Origin: Moniliella sp. 'wahieum'
Lineage: Eukaryota
Direction: 5' to 3'
Assembly: GCA_003971905.1 (NCBI GenBank)
Contig: RSEE01000033.1
Location: 620,001 to 657,682 of the forward strand
Length of the DNA stretch: 37,682 bases
Shown here: positions 33,941-37,682 of the stretch, piece after piece
Numbering within the stretch: the stretch's first letter is position 1
Layout of the letters: each line of letters begins with the position of its first letter
Made by a program: the position numbers and the translations under genes
Notes under the pieces: generated by a model
The model's database searches: none
The model's input: the letters and a program-made list of their open reading frames with translations, nothing else
What the model was told of the DNA's origin: nothing

Positions 33941-34823
33941 AGTTGCAGCACGGTGCTGAGCCACCATAATCGCCAAGTGGCGCCCCACAGTATGGTAAGG
34001 CGTAGCGCAAAAGCGCGAAACCTTCCTGGTTATTCCTTCCAATATTCCTTCTTAGGGGGCAGGAGTATTCTTTAGCCTCTGTATTTTCTTGACTCTTGAT
34101 ACGAGGCGCTGCGGTGTCTCCCGATGCAGAGCCCCTCATGTCATAGGCATCTCTTACTAGCACGTCTTCAGTCTCTACATAGGCTAGCAAGAGAGAGCTT
34201 ATCTATCCATGCAGCTGGCATCCTTCGCAGCCCGCTCAATATATGGGCGCATGAGTACGATGCTTTGTTCCCATTACGCCCACAGTCTTGGCAGAACCCT
34301 TTGTCTGCTGCGGCCCACCGGACCGCGGACTTGACAGAACAGACTGCGCTTTATGCCTTACTATTGTAGCTCTCTCTTGCTAGGCTATGTAGAGACTGAG
34401 TACTGACGACGTGTTTGGAAGAGATGCCTACGAAATGCGGGGTTCTGCGTCATGAGATACCGCAGCTCCCCGTACATCTCTGTAGCTCATGCGCTCATGT
34501 GCAAAATTATGCAACAATACACGTCAACTGACTGCTCTCTGGTCTTTCACATCATTACTCAGCCCACCGGACACGGTGCCGTGCGCTAGTATGTCCGTCG
34601 AAGCGGAGGGTGCACTACACAGTGCAAACTTGCGCTATCTATATATAACAGTTGGAGCACGGTTCCATGTGGCGTTATACTAGGCCAAGTGCCAGTCGCC
34701 AAGTGGCGCCACAGTAGGGTAAAGGCGCAGGCTAAGGGACCCTTCCTTATCATTCCTTCCAACATTCCTTCCTGGAGGGCAGGAGTATATTCTCTAGCCT
34801 CTACTGTAGCTCTCATGTGCAAA
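33941..34823. repeat. Diverged direct duplication (33941-34083 plus 34478-34505 versus 34650-34823)
   Basis: Shared AGTTG(C/G)AGCACGGT, TCGCCAAGTGGCGCC, ATTCCTTCCAA(T/C)ATTCCTTC, GGGCAGGAGTAT, TAGCCTCT and CTGTAGCTC..CATGTGCAAA in the same order. Confidence 0.85.
34084..34477. mobile_element. Foldback / MITE-like insertion with ~100-bp inverted arms
   Basis: Arms 34101-34199 and 34368-34473 are inverted copies; the inner 32 bp differ at one base. Flanked by the direct repeat CTCTGTA (34077-83, 34478-84) and absent from the second copy of the surrounding duplication. Confidence 0.6.
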
Positions 34824-36229
34824 TGTTTAGTAGTACTAGTATCAGTTATTAAGGGCGAGGCCAGCTCTTATTCATCCCACCTCCTGAACGCTTTCGGACC
34901 CCGCAAGTCTCGATATGGCTCCCATCAGACCCGATGTGGATATTTTGATGACAGCCAGTGGCCTAGCGAGGCAACCAGACTGCATCCAGGACCAACAGGA
35001 CGACATCCGCGCACACCTCGGCCATACGTTTTGTTCACCTCCAAGCCGACTTCCATGCCGGGGCCAGCCGCCCGTTGGAGAGCATGACGTGCCCGACACC
35101 CCATGTGGAGGGTCATGATCCGACTCCAAGATCAGGTCGCAGACGTTCGCGAAGCCCTAAGTGGAGTAAACGAAATGCAACATGAACTCCATGAAGCCCA
35201 AAACGGAAAATTCTTCATGAGATCATGACACGGACGGCCACGTCGCAGGCCACTACGAGCCAGGATGAAGACGCAGAAAAGCGGACTCGAGATGCTGTTG
35301 GCCAAGTCCGCCCTATATCTGTATGCCTCCATTTTTCATCTTCAGATGATTAATTTAAGGCTGACCACAGCATCTTTTCCGTTTAACCGCATTTTGGTTT
35401 TGCAGCGCAAGTACATTAAACAGCTAGTCATGCGTTGCATGAAGGCGCCTTGGGAAGCGTCTCATCTAGAAGGCTCCTGTGCGGTATGTATCTATCTTGA
35501 ATCGCTCGAGACCGAGCTTTCTCTGTGACAAAAGGATGGTTTGGTTGAGCAGGAATGGGCCAAAACTCACGTTGCCAAACCCAGGCCTCCTGGCACCGTT
35601 ATCGATGTTGCAACTGTGATGATAAAGGGTGCCTAGGCAAAGAAGAGTATGGGCAAGAATAACACGAGCCATAACGGTCATCCGCTATGAGATCCTAACT
35701 AATGTGCGTATCTTCATTTGGTTCCTTTCCCCTTCACGGTACGTTCTGAACGCTTCTGCCCGAATCCACTTGCAGGTGGAGACGCACCACTGAGAGTAAG
35801 TAAGGCACCGTGGGCCCACATCGGGTGCTGTCAGTGTCGCCTCATTTCAAAAGAAGGTTGTCAAACATAACCTGGGAGACTATGGCCGCAACCTCAAGGT
35901 GGAGGGCAGCAAGCTTGCGATGCGCATTCGCATCCTCCTTTATTTCTGATTCGATTTGCTGAATATACGACCAGGTGGAGAAGCTGTCGAACGGACTTTG
36001 AAACCAGCTGGGGCATTTCGCTGGATGCCATCCCTGACTCTGATGCAACGGTACCCGCTGAGGCAGCGGCTGTGATGCTAACCTTTCGAACACATGTGGC
36101 GACCAGGCCCGATATGCAATACCAATCTATCCAAATACCACAGATCTCCTTTTTTTGGTTTAATTATAGGATTAGCCATTATTATTGGATAGTCCCCCAT
36201 TGGCAAGAAACGTGTACGCAACAGGAGCA

Positions 36230-36640
36230 GTCATAGTCCTCGATGTCGATAGTGTCATCGGGAGACATTGATGTCGGGGTACCCGGGGACATCTATGCCA
36301 TTGTTGGAGACCTATTACCCCTATGGCATCACCACGTCAATGAGACCCCCGACGTCTAAGGCATCTTTGGTGGTGCTGTCATCGCCGACATATTTGACGT
36401 GAACCCTATCATTGATAGGGCGTAACCCTTTGATGTTTTCCCCGTCCCTGATGTCTTTGATAAATTGAGCGAGTCTCGCATCCATGTCGCCAATGACATA
36501 CATTTCGTATCTGACATCATGGACATCACTACCGTCCCCGCCATCGAGAACAGCTGCGTTATTTACTTGATGTCTATGACACCAAAGCTCTGGTCCTACA
36601 TCCATGACCGTCATGACCGTCATGACTGCCATGGATGTCA
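36230..36640. repeat. Degenerate 9-bp-periodic GAYRTC tract
   Basis: GATGTC/GACATC recurrences ending in CATGACCGT CATGACCGT CATGACTGC (36603-29); reads ...DGSDVHDVR...IGDMDA...KDIRD on the minus strand. Confidence 0.5.
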
Positions 36641-37682
36641 GAAAGGGGTCGGTAGTGAAGCATGTGAAAACGAAAAACGGAAGGAAGCGAATGTGAATCA
36701 GAGAGAGGGTGCGTGTTCTTCAAGTGTAGACCGGGGAAGTCTGGCAGTACAATAGTCTCTCGACAATAAAATATGGATGGTCGTGCTGATATCTATACTT
36801 TAGGAGGCCACCACGGACCTCTCCGGCCCGGCTTGGGTGCTGGGCCACCTTTCCCCCACCGTCCACCGTTCTACCGACCGTGTTGAGCCACAACGTGTAT
36901 CCCATAGTTGGTCCACCGGTTCACTGTTCCACCGTTCCACCGTCCCCCTTCGTGAATTTTCACCCACTGCCGGCGCTGTTGCAACCACAGGCTCGCGTGT
37001 GAAGTATGTAAGGATCGGCCGGCACGAGTGAGAGCCAAGATCAAAGGGAAGCAAAGGATGCACGTAGAGAAAAGGAAACAGGACCGGCGAAGAGGAGTGG
37101 AAAGCTTTGCCTGATTAGATAGCTAGAGGACCCTAACCTTGCTGTTCCTGCCATTTTTGCCCACAATTTTTGGGTCATGTTGAGAGGAAGGGTTGCGATG
37201 AGGGGGGGGAGCAAAAAGAAAAATTATGTTTGTACGACATGTTGGCAAGATCGACATATTATTGCAACAATGAGCCCACTACTACTCAATGCGAACAATT
37301 GTCCCACAGTTGGTCTTGATCGGCCTCGTCCACAGTCAGCTGGATCTTGCTTTTCGCCTTTTGAGTCACAGTCGATTCACTGGACACGGTTCTGGAATGA
37401 CTCACCAAGGCCCCTCCTATAGGTGAGGTAAAACTGGTTCCTTTGTGGGCCTTATAGTAACATTGCCATTAGAGAGACGAGACCGGCAGGACTACACTAA
37501 TGTGGATTGGCCTAGGTCCGTCAATCTTCGCCCGTGAACCTGTTTCAGCGATAGCCTAGCACCCCATGTGGGTAAAACCCGCGCTAGAATTTCAACCTCG
37601 TCATAGTAACCTCTTCCCACATCAGAGATGCCAGGAGAGTAGAAAGCTTTTCCATGTGTCAGCTTCCGACTGCGTTCCTTTT

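Noticed and set aside
34915..36093. Short ORFs with helical or coiled-coil flavour (e.g. 35842..36093 minus, 35130-35340 plus)
   Set aside because: Short, interrupted and with no recognisable motif; they may be relics but cannot be supported from the sequence alone.

Overview
Fungal nuclear DNA, probably a basidiomycete (inferred from protein style, GC-rich coding DNA and short GT-AG introns with CTRAC branch sites). The assembly carries many single-base indels: essential genes are split over several frames, so the ORF track does not show the real genes. The first ~19.4 kb is gene-dense: the 3' end of an S/P-rich gene, RPL8 head-to-head with RPA49, an intron-containing tRNA-Gly(UCC), an unknown protein head-to-head with a HeH/LEM Src1/Man1 protein, a DUF1640 (FMP32-like) gene, RPS30 head-to-head with RPS10, ERB1/BOP1 and an MFS hexose transporter. 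The rest is gene-poor: a dead RLE-type non-LTR retrotransposon fragment, a VosA-like velvet regulator (24.7-27.1 kb), and about 10 kb with no convincing gene that holds a degenerate tRNA, a solo-LTR-like element, a 25-bp minisatellite and a foldback insertion whose empty site lies nearby. The most striking unexplained signal is that intergenic DNA across the window is full of tandem 7-bp odd palindromes of form xy-T-N-A-y'x' (AGTCACT, CTTCAAG, GGTCACC, TGTCACA, GCTCAGC, GATCATC, ACTCAGT, GTTGAAC, CGTGACG, TCTCAGA). The letters differ but the geometry is constant, which suggests a recurrent cut/hairpin/repair process rather than one transcription-factor motif.
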